DNA from: Candidatus Krumholzibacteriia bacterium
GTDB lineage: Bacteria > Krumholzibacteriota > Krumholzibacteriia > Krumholzibacteriales > Krumholzibacteriaceae
Assembly (NCBI GenBank): GCA_963836185.1
Contig: CAWIIQ010000001.1
Coordinates: forward strand, 1,760,001-1,824,000
Length of the DNA stretch: 64,000 bases
Reading direction: 5' to 3'
Shown here: piece after piece, positions 30,807 to 40,436 of the stretch
Layout of the letters: the number at the start of each line of letters is the position of its first letter
Position numbering within the stretch: the first letter of the stretch is position 1
Program-made: the position numbers and the translations under genes
The notes under the pieces: model-generated
The model's input: only the letters and a program-made list of their open reading frames with translations
Databases searched by the model: none
Told to the model about the DNA's origin: nothing

Positions 30807-30849
30807 AGGATAGAAAAGGCTGGATTTAAAGTCAATTCAAAAGGCTGGA
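30807..30849 (-). promoter_or_regulatory. Sigma-70-type promoter of hsp20-lon, overlapped by an 11-bp direct repeat
   Basis: Minus strand TTGACT-17-TATCCT. AAAAGGCTGGA (plus strand) occurs at 30814 and 30839, flanking the -35 box. Confidence 0.55.
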
Positions 30850-30933
30850 CATGGCAAGACGGAATGCCCTTCTACCCTTTATCCCGTCGATACCCGACAG
30901 GCACGGATCAGCGGGCATCCCGCCATAAGCGTT

Positions 30934-31380
30934 CTACTTCCTGTTCGTGTCTATCTTCGTGTTTCCCCCATGATAGACTACCGGTTCATCGAATCCGACA
31001 AGGCTGTAACTCGACAGCCTCTTCTCATCGATATTCCAGTCGTACAGGATATTGTCATCGTCGAAATCGAGCATGTAGACGAGAACGGAGTTTCCTCCTT
31101 TACCCTGGATGTAATAGATGAACCGTTCCTCGTCCTTGACCTTGGAAGTCAGGTAGACATTCGGCATCCCCCAGGAGGCGATGACCTCGTCCTCGTTCAT
31201 TCCCCTGATGATCTCTCCGTTCCGGATATTCTCCTCGAACGAGCTCTCCGGATGACCTTCGATATAGATCTCCCTCGCGTCACTGGAGGTGAAATCCTCT
31301 CTTTCGACCTGGGTGGTACAGGAACATCCTGAGACGAAGATCAGCATGGGCATTGCGAATAGAAGCGGCAGGTACCTCAT
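30934..31380 (-). CDS. Hypothetical lipoprotein (SmpA/BamE-like GM..EV...WG.P motif)
   Basis: Lipobox VSGC, IIRGMNEDEVIASWGMP, strong RBS AAGGAGGGAG. Confidence 0.7.
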   Translation of the reverse strand: MRYLPLLFAMPMLIFVSGCSCTTQVEREDFTSSDAREIYIEGHPESSFEENIRNGEIIRGMNEDEVIASWGMPNVYLTSKVKDEERFIYYIQGKGGNSVLVYMLDFDDDNILYDWNIDEKRLSSYSLVGFDEPVVYHGGNTKIDTNRK

Positions 31381-31494
31381 GAACTCCCTCCTTGATTATA
31401 GGAGGCTTCCTTCGGGGGCAATCTCACGGTGGGTCGTGAACGGACAGAACTCGCCCCATAAAAATCACCATACTATCTAAAGTATATTTCGTTT

Positions 31495-33024
31495 TCAGGG
31501 AGTGTCAACCGTGCCGGGAAGGGATTCATAGAGCCGCAGTGAGACCCCGGGAAGATCATGTTTCGCAGAAAGGCTCATGCCCGTCTCGAAATACTCCATG
31601 ACGTAGCCCTCGGCATCTGTATCCCACATCCTGCAACTCAGCAGCCAGACCCTTCTACGCCCCTCCATCATCCTGATAATCTTCCTTTCAACACCATCGC
31701 GGTCCAGATGTGCCGCGTAGACAGACTCTACCGGGCGGTCTCCCCTGTAGTAGTAGCGGACCGCGAGGTCCATACCCGGTGCGAGGATCAGGTCTCCCGG
31801 AACAGCCCCATCAGAGATGATCCGCACCGCTCCCCTTATGTCATCCCTTGCATATCGCGGTTCGAAGTAGTAATCCCCGACAGAGAAGAGCATGAGAAGG
31901 CAAAGAGCCGAGCCCGTCGCGATACCAGCGATCCTGGTCCTGGGGATTCCTTGAGCGATGATCGCGATGAAGATGGGAAAGGCGCACATCAGGTACCGGG
32001 CATTGAGCACCTTTATCTTGAGGAGCGCCGCCACAGTGACCAGACCGATCGTCGCCACCAGAACAGATATATAGAGGGCAGCTCTGCGCTCCCTGAAGAG
32101 CCTGACCATCCCGGCCACCGCTGCCCCTCCGAACAGGAGTGCCGCGAGGCCGATCTTCAGGCCGTACCTTCCAAGCAGCGAGGATGCCGATATGGCATCA
32201 TGAAGCTCCCTGAGGTCGGGGCCGTACGAGAATCCCATGGCGAAGGCGAAAAGTCCGTATGGATATGCCATCAACGCCGATGGCCCGGAGCCCTTCATCC
32301 TGTATATTACCGGCAGTCTTGTCGCCTCAAGCGCTCGTATCCTCTTAAGGAAAAAGAATTCCCTGTATATCCATGGTGAGACGATCACAAGGACTACGAT
32401 TGCGGCTAGAGAGCCGTACCTTAGATGGTCGCCTCTGAGCCTGCCTGTCACCATCAGATAGAGGACGAATCCAACACAGATGAAGACAGCCATGAAATGT
32501 GAAAGGCACGCGAGGCCGAGCGACAGTCCCAGCAGGAGCCCGGTTCGAAACGAAGGTTTCTCATCGAACCTGCTGAAGGCCAGTAGAGAGAGGACGACAA
32601 ACATCGTCAGAAAGGAATAGAACCTCAGTTCCTGTGAATAATATATGCTGAAAGGGTTGACCGCCATAAGCAGTGCGCCGGTAAGCGCTGTGCTCTCACC
32701 CGATTCGCGCCTGAGCCAGAAGTAGATGAGAATGACCGTAACAACGCCGGCTACGGCCCCGGGGGAACGAAGCCACGCTTCTGAGGAAGAGATCTCCGAC
32801 CAGAAGTGCATGACCAGGGAATAGAGAGGACCATGCACATCCCACATCAACTTTTCACCGTAAAATATACCCCCCTCTGGTGACGAATATGACCCGACAG
32901 TCAGGATCTCATCGAGCCAGAAAGACTGATGTCCCAGTCGGAAAAACCTCAACAAGGCGGCCAGTACGGCTATCACCGTCAGGGCGGTCAGGTTTCTTTT
33001 GTGTATATGCGTATCGGTCATCAT
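31495..33024 (-). CDS. GT39/ArnT/PMT-like membrane glycosyltransferase (GT-C)
   Basis: LRFFRLGHQSFWLDE, HGPLY, YSQELRFYS, many TM segments. Confidence 0.85.
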   Translation of the reverse strand: MMTDTHIHKRNLTALTVIAVLAALLRFFRLGHQSFWLDEILTVGSYSSPEGGIFYGEKLMWDVHGPLYSLVMHFWSEISSSEAWLRSPGAVAGVVTVILIYFWLRRESGESTALTGALLMAVNPFSIYYSQELRFYSFLTMFVVLSLLAFSRFDEKPSFRTGLLLGLSLGLACLSHFMAVFICVGFVLYLMVTGRLRGDHLRYGSLAAIVVLVIVSPWIYREFFFLKRIRALEATRLPVIYRMKGSGPSALMAYPYGLFAFAMGFSYGPDLRELHDAISASSLLGRYGLKIGLAALLFGGAAVAGMVRLFRERRAALYISVLVATIGLVTVAALLKIKVLNARYLMCAFPIFIAIIAQGIPRTRIAGIATGSALCLLMLFSVGDYYFEPRYARDDIRGAVRIISDGAVPGDLILAPGMDLAVRYYYRGDRPVESVYAAHLDRDGVERKIIRMMEGRRRVWLLSCRMWDTDAEGYVMEYFETGMSLSAKHDLPGVSLRLYESLPGTVDTP

Positions 33025-33059
33025 CGTTCTTATACCCCACAAAGCACACTTTTTTCCAG

Positions 33060-33088
33060 TTGAAAACGAAACCGCCCCGGTCGATACT
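33060..33088 (+). promoter_or_regulatory. Sigma-70-type promoter; likely a leaderless transcript for the DUF72 gene
   Basis: TTGAAA-17-GATACT, with the ATG 7 nt downstream and no SD. Confidence 0.45.
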
Positions 33089-33094
33089 TGATTC

Positions 33095-33994
33095 ATGGAT
33101 CCCCCGCAGAACAGGAAAACGAAGATCTACATCGGCCCGGCGGGCTGGTCATACGCTGACTGGGAAGGCGTCGTATACCCTCCGGGCAAAGGGATTGACA
33201 GGCTTCTCCATATCGCCCGTTACTTCACTGCAATAGAGCTAAACAGCTCTTTCTATCGGATTCCCCCGGAAAAGATGGTATCGAGCTGGCGGGACAGGCT
33301 CACGGCCGTCCCTGGTTTCAAGCTCACCATCAAGGTCAACGGGAGGTTCACTCACGAAAGGAAATATACACCCGGAGAGCTGGAGGAATTCATCGACAGG
33401 TTCACGCCCCTGCATGAAGAGGGTATCTCGGGGCCTTTCCTCCTCCAGTTTCCATGGTCGTTCAGGAACACCCCTGAATCGAGAGAATACCTCGAAGGCC
33501 TGGCTCCATATTTCGACGGCCGTCCGGCAGCCGTCGAGCTGAGGCACGGATCCTGGGCCGGGGAAGAGACTGGTCCCCTGCTCTCAAAATGCGGTTTCGC
33601 CTTCTGCAATATTGACCAGCCGCTGATCGGCGACTCCCTCCCGCCTTCGTCGGCCGTTACTGATCCGGGTACGGGATATATCCGCCTCCATGGACGGAAT
33701 GCCGGGAACTGGTTCCGGAAAGGAGCGGGACGGGACGCAAGATACGATTACCTCTATTCGATGGATGAAATGGAAGAATGGTCGGAGCGGGCGGGCGAGA
33801 TGATCGGCCGGGTCGGTTCTCTTTTCATTATCACGAACAATCACTTTCAGGGGCAGGCGCTGGCCAACGGCATCCAGCTCAGATCGATGCTCGAAGGAGG
33901 CACAGTTGAAGCCCCTGCCTCTCTGATAAGATCGTTCGCGTCTTTAAGGGATATAGCCGTCCCCCCACATGGCGAAGAGGAACTCGATCTGTAA
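33095..33994 (+). CDS. DUF72 family protein
   Basis: IGPAGWSYADW, ELNSSFY, LLQFP, VELRH, YIRLHGRN, YDYLYS, NNH. Confidence 0.92.
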   Translation: MDPPQNRKTKIYIGPAGWSYADWEGVVYPPGKGIDRLLHIARYFTAIELNSSFYRIPPEKMVSSWRDRLTAVPGFKLTIKVNGRFTHERKYTPGELEEFIDRFTPLHEEGISGPFLLQFPWSFRNTPESREYLEGLAPYFDGRPAAVELRHGSWAGEETGPLLSKCGFAFCNIDQPLIGDSLPPSSAVTDPGTGYIRLHGRNAGNWFRKGAGRDARYDYLYSMDEMEEWSERAGEMIGRVGSLFIITNNHFQGQALANGIQLRSMLEGGTVEAPASLIRSFASLRDIAVPPHGEEELDL

Positions 33995-34011
33995 GCGTTA
34001 TCGCGAGCAGT

Positions 34012-34584
34012 CTATCTTGTCAGTATCCCGATCAGAAGAATCACTGCGACCACCGCGATATATATCAACAGCTTCTTCGGCGTCAGGAGATTGCCGCTCT
34101 TGCCCGCATCCATCATCGTCTTGATATTCGGAGTCTTTTTCTCTACAAGGGGCGTGTGGCAGAACTGGCAGTACTCATCGTCCTTTTTGATGGGAAATCC
34201 GCACTTCAGACAGCTCTTGTCAGGAACAGAAGCAATCGTCGGCTCTTCCTCGGCGATCTCGACCTTGGGCGCCTCTTCCGGATTATACTCCTCGAGCATG
34301 CCGAGGCCGCCGGCCTCCTCTATCAACTCAAGGGCGCCACGGGCCCTCGGAGCGGATTTCGTCTCGAGTATGGTCTTGGGCAGATTGCGCATCATGAACT
34401 TTATTCTTGTGACGGGCGAATTTGTCAGAATCCCGTACTTTATGGCGAATGAGCCGGGAGTCTCGATATCACTCTTTATTCCCTCGAGGATGACCCTGTA
34501 GATCGTCTCTGCAGATTTGCCGCCGGCTGTTTCTTCGCCGGCACCAGGAACGGCTGACTTGTATGCGGAATCCTGTATAGACAT
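34012..34584 (-). CDS. Hypothetical protein: L7/L12-C-terminal-like segment, zinc ribbon and C-terminal TM anchor
   Basis: LPKTILETKS..RARGALELIEEAGG; CLKCG...CQFC; hydrophobic tail; RBS GGGAG before the ATG at 34584. Confidence 0.7.
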   Translation of the reverse strand: MSIQDSAYKSAVPGAGEETAGGKSAETIYRVILEGIKSDIETPGSFAIKYGILTNSPVTRIKFMMRNLPKTILETKSAPRARGALELIEEAGGLGMLEEYNPEEAPKVEIAEEEPTIASVPDKSCLKCGFPIKKDDEYCQFCHTPLVEKKTPNIKTMMDAGKSGNLLTPKKLLIYIAVVAVILLIGILTR

Positions 34585-34610
34585 AATTCTCCCTTCAGGC
34601 TCCGAATAAT

Positions 34611-34626
34611 GCATTATCCGTGCCAC
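34611..34626 (-). promoter_or_regulatory. Sigma-54 promoter
   Basis: Minus strand GTGGCACGGATAATGC (GG-N10-GC), about 27 nt before the ATG. Confidence 0.65.
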
Positions 34627-34656
34627 AGAGTGACTTTCTGAAGTTCGGCCTGGGAT

Positions 34657-34688
34657 AAAAAAAGGGCCGGAAGCTCATCCGGCCCTTT
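34657..34688 (-). terminator. Intrinsic terminator after the FN3 lipoprotein gene
   Basis: Perfect inverted repeat AAAGGGCCGGA-6 nt-TCCGGCCCTTT with a T-run on the minus strand. Confidence 0.85.
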
Positions 34689-34709
34689 CAGGAATCATGT
34701 CGCACGGCC

Positions 34710-35105
34710 TTAGCGTGTATTGATAACAGCGCACTCCTCGTCGGTCCTCCACCCTTCTATACCGAATGTATCTACAGCTGAGACCTTGTAGCAGTACTCT
34801 ACGTTTCCGACCAGCCTGTCGTCGATATATGTCAGGCTGGTCGTCGTACCGGCCAGTTCGACGACATCATATGCCGCGAAATAGTAGTAGATCCTGAATT
34901 CCTCGATGGCTCCCATGTTACCGGACTCGTAATCCCATGCTATCGTCGCCTGTTCCGAACCTGCCGTGACCGAAAGGTCGGTCGGGGCCGGCGGAGCTTC
35001 CAGATCGAACGGCGCGGGCTCTGTCCCATGATCGTTCGAACAGGAGACGAAGGCGGCAGCCGCGACAACCATCAATGCTATTATCGTATTCTTCAGCATC
35101 GTCAT
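34710..35105 (-). CDS. Fibronectin type III domain lipoprotein
   Basis: Lipobox FVSC; PPAPTDL...IAW...FRIY...YIDD.L....EYCYKVSAVD. Confidence 0.8.
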   Translation of the reverse strand: MTMLKNTIIALMVVAAAAFVSCSNDHGTEPAPFDLEAPPAPTDLSVTAGSEQATIAWDYESGNMGAIEEFRIYYYFAAYDVVELAGTTTSLTYIDDRLVGNVEYCYKVSAVDTFGIEGWRTDEECAVINTR

Positions 35106-35111
35106 CGCCTC

Positions 35112-35592
35112 CTAAAAAGTGAATGTCTTTACAAGCATGAATCCATCCGGCCTGATCTCCATGGCGACGGGCGGTGTGCTTGCTTCGGGGCCGAGCGTGA
35201 TATCAAGTATGCTCCAGACATACATGCCGGCCAGGACGCCTATCGCTACGTTACGGTATGTGTACGCATCGTCAGCATCGTTCCACGCGTCTGTCATCTG
35301 CGAATAGTACTCGGCCGCGTCCCCGATGTAGGTCGCCTGCGCATAGCCCCTGGACGCATCCTCGTACGAATCCACGTGCCGGTTATACTGAAGGGTGAAT
35401 CCAGCCGATCGCTCCGATAGAAACAAGCGCTGTACCCATCATCACGGCGCCTCTTGTGTACCGTCCGGTCGAGATCTGCCCCCATCCCGGGAAGACGCAT
35501 CCCTTGATAATATCCTCTGTCCTCTCGGCAGCGGAGGCGGCGGACGATAACAGCAGCAACGCTGCGAGCGCTGTTACCATGGTCTTTCTCAT
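35112..35592 (-). CDS. DUF5683-like exported/membrane protein; frameshift near 35404-35406
   Basis: Signal peptide and FPGWGQ. Joins ORF 35112..35426 (YVWSILD) if one base is removed. Confidence 0.65.
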
Positions 35593-35673
35593 CCGGAATC
35601 CTTTCTGCGGGTCATTATCGATAAATGCTCTTATAGCCTTTTTACGGATTTCGGGCGAATTTGTTACATCGCC

Positions 35674-35738
35674 ATTGTATAGCCTCTTGAAGTCCGGAAC
35701 AATAGCCGATTGACATGTTTCAGGAAAGCCCTTAGTTT
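35674..35738. promoter_or_regulatory. Back-to-back divergent sigma-70-type promoters
   Basis: Plus strand TTGACA(35710)-17-TAGTTT; minus strand TTGTTC(35702)-17-TACAAT. Confidence 0.55.
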
Positions 35739-35791
35739 TATGTACGCTGCGAGCGGGAAAGGGCAGTGAGCTTCTTTTTTGGAGGACCGGT

Positions 35792-36742
35792 TTGATCGAA
35801 GTACGGGAACTCTCAAAGAATTACGGGATTACGAAGGCGGTCGAAAGGCTGTCCTTCACCGTGGAAAGAGGCGAGGTCCTCGGCTTTCTGGGCCCGAACG
35901 GAGCAGGCAAGACGACCACGATGAAGATGCTTACATGTTATCTCCCCCCCTCCTCCGGAACTGCCAGTATATTCGGTTTTGACATACTTGAGGATTCGAT
36001 GGAGGTCCGGGAAAGGATCGGGTACCTGCCCGAGAAGAATCCCCTCTATACCGACATGGACGTATACTCATTTCTCGAGCTCGCTGCACGCCTTAAAGGA
36101 GTCGGTAGAGATTCCATCACCGGCTCAGTCGCGGAAGTTGTCGAAAGATGCGGCCTGGGGGATGTCAGCCGCAGAAGGATCGGAAATCTCTCCAAGGGTT
36201 TTCAGCAGAGAGTTGGAATAGCACAGGCCATCGTAAACGATCCTGAGCTTCTAATCCTTGATGAGCCCACGATAGGCCTCGATCCGCGGCAGATAATCGA
36301 CATCAGGTCCCTTATAAAAGATCTCGGCAAAGACAGGACTGTCATACTCAGCTCCCATATCCTGCCGGAAGTCAGCCAGGTCTGCGACAGGATAATAATA
36401 ATCAATAACGGACTTCTCGTTGCCGTCGATACACCCGACAACCTTCGCGACAGGCTGAAGAGATCTTCGATGACAAGGGTACGTATCGCGGGATCTGCCG
36501 TTGCAGCAGATGCGGAGAAGATCATCTCATCGATCGGGGGAGCGCGTGTGATCCGAAGCGAAGAGAAGGGCGGGGACGGATCGTCTCTTCTCACCGTGGA
36601 ATCGGCCACTGACTCGGATATCCGAAATCTGCTCGCCCGGAAACTGGTCGAGGCGGATATCCCTCTCCTTGAGATCTACAGCGAGGAACTCTCCCTCGAA
36701 GACATCTTCATCAGGCTGGTAACCGAAGAGGGAGATGCATGA
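35792..36742 (+). CDS. ABC transporter ATP-binding protein (GldA-like)
   Basis: GPNGAGKT, LSKGFQQR, LDEPTIGLDP, SSHIL, SLEDIF. Confidence 0.92.
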   Translation: MIEVRELSKNYGITKAVERLSFTVERGEVLGFLGPNGAGKTTTMKMLTCYLPPSSGTASIFGFDILEDSMEVRERIGYLPEKNPLYTDMDVYSFLELAARLKGVGRDSITGSVAEVVERCGLGDVSRRRIGNLSKGFQQRVGIAQAIVNDPELLILDEPTIGLDPRQIIDIRSLIKDLGKDRTVILSSHILPEVSQVCDRIIIINNGLLVAVDTPDNLRDRLKRSSMTRVRIAGSAVAADAEKIISSIGGARVIRSEEKGGDGSSLLTVESATDSDIRNLLARKLVEADIPLLEIYSEELSLEDIFIRLVTEEGDA

Positions 36743-37509
36743 ACAAGGCCTCAGCGATATACGGAAAGGAATTGAGATACTTCTTCCAGTCGATTACGGC
36801 CTACGTCGTCATCTCGATATTCTTAGTGATATCCGGGTACTTTTTCTTCAGTATGTTCCGGTATTATAATCTTCTATCCCTTCAATCGATTCAGAGTGGC
36901 TTCGCCAGTGGCGGACTGAACCTGATCGATGGAGTGATGCGGCCCCTTCTCGGCAATATCAGCATCATAATCCTCCTTCTACTCCCCCTGCTTACGATGA
37001 GGTTGATGGCCGAGGAGAAGAAGCAGGGTACGTTCGAACTCCTCTCCACCTATCCAGTTTCAGATATCGAAACGGTATGGGGCAAGTTCCTGGCAACGAT
37101 GACAGTCTACGCGCTGATGATCGGCTGCACCCTTCTCTACCCCGCGATGCTTTTCTATTACGCCGAGCCGGAGATCGTGCCGATCGTAACCGGATATCTC
37201 GGCCTTCTTCTTATGGGCGCGGCCTTTATCGCTATGGGGACTTTCTTCTCCTCACTCACCGACAACCAGATCATCGCAGGTGTCGCTACATTCGGAGCGT
37301 CCCTCTTCTTTCTCGTGATAGGCTGGGCCGCCCCATTCGTCGGCCCCAGATTCGCGGCGGTGCTGGCGCAGATCTCGATACTCTATCATTTCGAATCGTT
37401 CTCCAAGGGAGTGATCGAGACGAGCGACCTGACATACTATATATTCCTGACCACTTTCTTTCTTTTCCTGACTGTGAGATCTCTCGAATCGACGAGGTGG
37501 AAAAGCTGA
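36739..37509 (+). CDS. ABC-2 permease (GldF-like)
   Basis: KELRYFF.S..AY, TMRLMAEEKKQGTFELL, six TM segments. Confidence 0.9.
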   Translation: MNKASAIYGKELRYFFQSITAYVVISIFLVISGYFFFSMFRYYNLLSLQSIQSGFASGGLNLIDGVMRPLLGNISIIILLLLPLLTMRLMAEEKKQGTFELLSTYPVSDIETVWGKFLATMTVYALMIGCTLLYPAMLFYYAEPEIVPIVTGYLGLLLMGAAFIAMGTFFSSLTDNQIIAGVATFGASLFFLVIGWAAPFVGPRFAAVLAQISILYHFESFSKGVIETSDLTYYIFLTTFFLFLTVRSLESTRWKS

Positions 37510-39059
37510 TGGGCAGTTTGATCTACAGAATACTCGGTGCTGCCGGCCTTCTTCTTGTCGTGTTCGGGGGAATCCTCTACGGGATATTCTACACGAGTGG
37601 ATGGCCGGCCATCATCCCCCTTGTGCTCGGCATGGCGATGACGATCGCCGCTTTCGCGGGAGCGTACCGTTCCGAGAGCTCGGAGGGCTCGAGACGGACA
37701 GCGCGTTTCGGGATAGGTGCCGGACTTTCGGTCGTGGCGGTCGCCGCTATACTGATCCTCCTTCAGACCCTGGCATACCGGCACACTTCTTCGATCGACC
37801 TCACCAGCAACAGCCGATTCTCGCTCTCCCCTCAGACGGCCAAGGTCCTCGGATCTCTTGAGGCTTCCGTGCATCTAACAGCTTTTTACAAGGAGACGAA
37901 CCCTGACAGGGTCGTCCTGATGGACCTGCTGGAAAGTTTCTCGGCCCGCAATCCTGCTGTGACCTATGTATTCATCGACCCCGACAGGGAACCCCTGATA
38001 GCCCGCAATTACGGGATCACCCGTTCAGGTATAGTCTTTGTGGAGTCCGGGCAGATGCGCGAGGAACTGGAGGCTGCGAACGAAGAGCGACTGACCAATG
38101 CCATCGCGAGAGTGACCTCCGGCGGCATAAAGACGATCTGTTTTCTAACGGGCCACGGGGAAAAATCCGTGCATGAGAGCGGCCCCCACGGGATCAGTTC
38201 CTTTCTGGAGGCTTTACGGGCTGAAAATTTCGAAGTACGCGACATTGTCGCTCTCGGTGCGGAACGGATTCCAGCTGACTGCGACATCCTTATCCTCGCC
38301 GGGCCCGAGAAGGACATAATCAAACACGAACAGAATGTGATCCTCGACTACCTTACTGAAGGCGGACGGGCGCTCTTTCTCCTCGATCCGATGACCGAAA
38401 TAGCGAACATCGAGGGTATACTCGCCGCTTACGGGATACTCCTCGGAAACGATGTTATCGTCGACAGGTACGGAAAACTCCTCGCCGGCAACTTTCTGAC
38501 TCCGGTTGTTAACAATTACGGCGTGCATCCTATAACGGATGGATTCAGACATTTCTCGTTCTTCCCGCAGGCGCGATCGGTAACAGCGATGAAGGACCCT
38601 CCTGCCACACTCGATGTAACAGTCATCGGCAGAACGAATGAGGGCGCTTATTCCGAAACCGACATGGCGACACTGCTGGAAGGACAGACCCAGTTCGAGC
38701 CCTCGGAGGATATAAAAGGGCCTGTTGATATAGCAGTCGCCGCGGTCATGCTCTCGCAAGCCGATTCATCTTCCAGAGCCCCGGAATCCCGCATCGTCGG
38801 TTTCGGAGACAGTGATTTCGCGGGAAACTCCAACCTGCGCCTCTCGGGAAACAGGGACCTCCTTCTCAATACAGTTCACTGGCTTGCCGAATCAGAGGAC
38901 ATGATCTCTATCAGGCCGGCCGACGACCTTCAGCAGCCAGTCCTGCTGACAGCTACCCAGGGGCGTTTCGTCTTCTGGATCCCTGTCGTCGCCCTGCCCG
39001 CACTCATACTGCTCGCCGGAGCGGTGATCCTCACATGGAGAAAACGAACCGTCCGGTAG
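37509..39059 (+). CDS. GldG-family ABC auxiliary protein
   Basis: IDLT....FSLS, FLTGHGE, GDSDF, NRDLLLNTVHWL, C-terminal TM. True start is at the TGATG overlap at 37509. Confidence 0.88.
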   Translation: MGSLIYRILGAAGLLLVVFGGILYGIFYTSGWPAIIPLVLGMAMTIAAFAGAYRSESSEGSRRTARFGIGAGLSVVAVAAILILLQTLAYRHTSSIDLTSNSRFSLSPQTAKVLGSLEASVHLTAFYKETNPDRVVLMDLLESFSARNPAVTYVFIDPDREPLIARNYGITRSGIVFVESGQMREELEAANEERLTNAIARVTSGGIKTICFLTGHGEKSVHESGPHGISSFLEALRAENFEVRDIVALGAERIPADCDILILAGPEKDIIKHEQNVILDYLTEGGRALFLLDPMTEIANIEGILAAYGILLGNDVIVDRYGKLLAGNFLTPVVNNYGVHPITDGFRHFSFFPQARSVTAMKDPPATLDVTVIGRTNEGAYSETDMATLLEGQTQFEPSEDIKGPVDIAVAAVMLSQADSSSRAPESRIVGFGDSDFAGNSNLRLSGNRDLLLNTVHWLAESEDMISIRPADDLQQPVLLTATQGRFVFWIPVVALPALILLAGAVILTWRKRTVR

Positions 39060-39072
39060 TGGAGGCTGATCT

Positions 39073-40389
39073 ATGAAGGCCCGCAGCCTCATTATCCTGG
39101 CAGTGATCCTCGTGATCGTAGCGGGATATTTATTCATAATCGACGAGAAGAGGCGCAGTGACTCCGCCGAGGAGGAGAAGTCATCTCGAAAACTAGTGCC
39201 CTATGGCCCTCTTGATATCGATCTCGTTTCATTTATCAACCCGTATGGCGAGACGATCATCTGGAAGAGGGATGGCGACGGTTGGCTCATAACATTTCCC
39301 GTAACAGATATCGGCGAGAAAAGTACCATCGACATGTTTCTCGGCCAGATAGCCCCTGGACAGAAGCTCGAGGAATTCACCGGCGTTGATGATCTTTCAA
39401 AGTACGGACTTGCCCCTCCATACGCTATCGTCATTCTCGAGAGCGAGCGCTATGGGAGGATAGATACTCTTTACATCGGCGATAAGACACAGACGAGTTT
39501 CAGATCGTATGTGTCTCTGGGCTCGTCACGCAGCGTGGCAGTGACCAGGGAACTTGCTCACAACGTCATGCAGAAGAGACTCTTTCACATCAGGGACAAG
39601 AATTTCCTCTCCCCCGCGGAGAGGGACATCGTCGAATTCGCCATCATATCCGGAAACGACACTCTTCCCTTTCAGCGTTGGGGAGATGCATGGAAAGTCG
39701 CCGGCTCGACATTGACCGTGGACCGCGACGTGATCGAGCCATGGGTCATGCGTCTGAGAAGCGCCCTGGTCTACGAATTCGCCGCCGAGGATCTGGCGGA
39801 TACGATTTCATTCGGCATCGGTGCTCCTGGCAGGTCTGTCATCCTGAAAACATCTCAGGGTGACTCCACCAGGATATCCTTCGGCCGAGTTTCGGAATCT
39901 CTCGTTCCTGTCGTGAAATCGGGCCGAGAAAAAATAATGATGATCGAATCAACTTTTCTCGACGCATTTTACTGGACCGACGACCGCCTCATCGTGATGA
40001 GTCTTTCACTCGTCAGGCCGGGAACAGTCGCCGCCCTCCAATGGGAGACTCCAGATTCGGTTACTTCCTGGAAAAAGGAGAACGATATCTGGATGACCGC
40101 GGGGGACGATCCCTCGCCGGTCGATCAGGAAGCGCTGAAGTATCTACTGATGTACATTCGTTCGGTTGTTTACGAGAATATCGTCACAGACCGTGAAAAA
40201 GTCTCATCGGTCAGGCCCGATGTAATGATCACACTTGGCGACGCTTCAGGGGAAGTGCTGGACATCATCTCACTTTACCGCTTCGATGACGGAACAGCCG
40301 GAGGCATCTCTATATCTGGCGGTAATGCCGGCCGCATCAACGAGGGTGTCCTGGCGGAGATATACAGGGCCCGCTCAGCGATACGCTGA
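39073..40389 (+). CDS. DUF4340 domain protein
   Basis: N-terminal anchor and repeated W...P...(D)L..YGL..P modules; this is the usual fourth gene after gldAFG-like genes. Confidence 0.75.
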   Translation: MKARSLIILAVILVIVAGYLFIIDEKRRSDSAEEEKSSRKLVPYGPLDIDLVSFINPYGETIIWKRDGDGWLITFPVTDIGEKSTIDMFLGQIAPGQKLEEFTGVDDLSKYGLAPPYAIVILESERYGRIDTLYIGDKTQTSFRSYVSLGSSRSVAVTRELAHNVMQKRLFHIRDKNFLSPAERDIVEFAIISGNDTLPFQRWGDAWKVAGSTLTVDRDVIEPWVMRLRSALVYEFAAEDLADTISFGIGAPGRSVILKTSQGDSTRISFGRVSESLVPVVKSGREKIMMIESTFLDAFYWTDDRLIVMSLSLVRPGTVAALQWETPDSVTSWKKENDIWMTAGDDPSPVDQEALKYLLMYIRSVVYENIVTDREKVSSVRPDVMITLGDASGEVLDIISLYRFDDGTAGGISISGGNAGRINEGVLAEIYRARSAIR

Positions 40390-40421
40390 CAGTAACTGCT
40401 GTACCAACTTCAACGATATTC

Positions 40422-40430
40422 TGCTATATT
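40422..40430 (+). promoter_or_regulatory. Extended -10 promoter; likely a leaderless start of the radical SAM gene
   Basis: TG-C-TATATT ends 7 nt before the ATG at 40437; no SD. Confidence 0.5.
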
Positions 40431-40436
40431 CAGAGC

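Noticed and set aside
30852-30870. Sigma-54-like TGGCA...TGC upstream of hsp20
   Set aside because: GG-to-GC spacing is 11 nt on either strand, not the required 10.
31400-31460. Possible riboswitch upstream of the lipoprotein gene (GGGTCGTGA resembles a ZTP aptamer start)
   Set aside because: That motif is on the non-coding strand and the remaining conserved elements are absent; only modest hairpins are present.
37077-37508. 144-aa N-terminal extension of the GldG-like ORF
   Set aside because: It overlaps the permease in another frame; the real start is the TGATG-coupled ATG at 37509.
35792-39059. Gliding motility machinery
   Set aside because: GldA/F/G-like ABC modules are widespread in non-gliding bacteria, and no other gld/spr genes are in the window.
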